Source of the DNA: Microgenomates group bacterium GW2011_GWC1_46_15
Lineage (GTDB): Bacteria > Patescibacteriota > Microgenomatia > UBA1400 > UBA12028
Assembly (NCBI GenBank): GCA_001002285.1
Contig: LCLX01000002.1
Span: forward strand, 131,827 to 195,826
Length of the DNA stretch: 64,000 nucleotides
Direction of reading: 5' to 3'
Positions 62,995 through 64,000 of the stretch are shown here, one piece after another. Each line of letters opens with the position of its first letter. The stretch's first letter is position 1. The notes under the pieces are model-generated. The model did no database searches, was not told the DNA's origin, and saw only the letters and a program-made list of their open reading frames with translations. The translations under genes and the position numbers were made by a program.

Positions 62995-63999
62995 TTAGGC
63001 AGTTTTCTCGAGGATTCTCACCCACTCGGGAATTTTTTTGCCGTATTTTTCATTTGCCATCACATACTTCAAGTGCGCTATAAAGTAGTTTTCCGGATCG
63101 CCGGTGGTCACCCACTCACCTTTTGTGTGTTCGACCAGCACTGTTTTCCCTTTCGCGATCTTTGTAATGGCATCAACTGTCCACAACTCGCCGTCTTTGC
63201 CAACGCTTTGCGCGTTTAAGTACTGAAAGATTGATGGCTTGAGGAGATACCGCCCATACGACGCGAGGCGGCTTGGCTCTTTTCCTTTTTCCGGCTTTTC
63301 AATAATGTTGTCGAGTACAGTCGTTGTTCCCTGCTGGCCCCCTTGTTTAGGGACAATGATTCCATATTTATCAACAACATCCGGCGAAACTTCCTGCGCC
63401 ATGATAATTCCCTCAACGTCTGGGTGCTGGGCGTACAAATCAACCATCACCTTTGCGTCACCCATCTCGCCAAACACAACGTCATCGCTGTACATTACTA
63501 AAAACGCTTCTTCTGTTTCAACAAACTTTTGTGCCGAAACAACCGGCGATCCATTGCCATACGGCAAACTTGGATCCTGCACGATCACGATAATTTTGGG
63601 ATAGTTAAGGACATGCTGAACCAGCTCGTATCTGTCTCCCTTGCCTTGCGCAACGAGCTGTTTACGGATGTGATTGACATTATTGTTGAAATAATCTTCG
63701 TAAATCGGTTTGCCCTCGGGAGTTGACACGAGCACAATTTCTTCAATCCCCGCCTGTACACATTCTTCAACCATAAACTGCATAATCGGCCGGTTACCAA
63801 GTGGAAGCATTGCTTTTGGAATTGTTTTTGTGATGGGAAGATAGCGGCTTGCGAATCCCGCGTCTGTAATGATTGCTTTGCGGATACGCTTTGAGGATGA
63901 CGGGGGTGTTGCTGATGCTGCGGGTGCTGTGGGCGCTGGAGACGGTGTTGGTACTACTGGAGTTGCTGGAGTTACTTGTGCTACGGGTGCTGCTGGTGT
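62995..63999 (-). CDS. galU: UTP--glucose-1-phosphate uridylyltransferase (5' end beyond window; Pro/Ala/Thr-rich N-terminal extension)
   Basis: Frame open to the window end: RKAIITDAGFASRYLPITKTIPKAMLPL, IIEKP, YGRYLL, GELWTVDAI. Confidence 0.85.
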   Translation of the reverse strand, partial: TPAAPVAQVTPATPVVPTPSPAPTAPAASATPPSSSKRIRKAIITDAGFASRYLPITKTIPKAMLPLGNRPIMQFMVEECVQAGIEEIVLVSTPEGKPIYEDYFNNNVNHIRKQLVAQGKGDRYELVQHVLNYPKIIVIVQDPSLPYGNGSPVVSAQKFVETEEAFLVMYSDDVVFGEMGDAKVMVDLYAQHPDVEGIIMAQEVSPDVVDKYGIIVPKQGGQQGTTTVLDNIIEKPEKGKEPSRLASYGRYLLKPSIFQYLNAQSVGKDGELWTVDAITKIAKGKTVLVEHTKGEWVTTGDPENYFIAHLKYVMANEKYGKKIPEWVRILEKTA

Positions 64000-64000
64000 T

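Noticed and set aside
1-64000. CRISPR array, cas genes, reverse transcriptase/DGR, transposases
   Set aside because: No regularly spaced repeat-spacer array or diagnostic motifs seen; the repeats found are coding tandem repeats, operator-like boxes or tRNA/tatA-end duplicates

Overview
Genomic window from a Patescibacteria/CPR bacterium, most likely Microgenomates. This is inferred from gene content and style (short EF-Ts, MtrA-like/ThyA/DUF4346 fusion, tRNA-adjacent LAGLIDADG-like ORF, many leaderless-type starts); the standard genetic code is used. Positions 1-35 kb and 57-64 kb are mostly housekeeping: dnaX, ybeY, rpsU, glmS with a variant glmS ribozyme, proS, prs, rpsT, rseP, frr, tsf, rpsB, folD, nfo, glyA, pyrH, tmk, thyA, dcd, topA, dprA, mrdA, mreB, def, fmt, rpmB, rpmG, four tRNAs, two Ddl-like ATP-grasp genes and galU. 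The standout is a ~19 kb accessory locus (~35.9-55 kb) built around a twin-arginine (Tat) translocase, with one tatC and five tatA-family genes (four too short for the ORF track). Interleaved with these are signal-peptide-less, beta-rich, virion-structural-like proteins (888, 882 and 175 aa) that share motifs with each other and with an 879-aa membrane-anchored SH3-tipped protein. The locus also has a polytopic protein with an internal textbook twin-arginine signal (DRRLFLK), a membrane-tethered HTH regulator divergent from a PrsW-type protease with phased operator-like repeats, an orphan CHASE sensor and a MidA-type methyltransferase-TPR. My best interpretation (inference) is a dedicated Tat-dependent export/assembly system for a phage-fibre-like surface structure. 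Also seen: a promoter- and terminator-bounded rod-shaped ncRNA (6S-like) at ~62.7-62.9 kb, a type IV TA module flanked by a duplicated tatA 3' end, and two pseudogenes.
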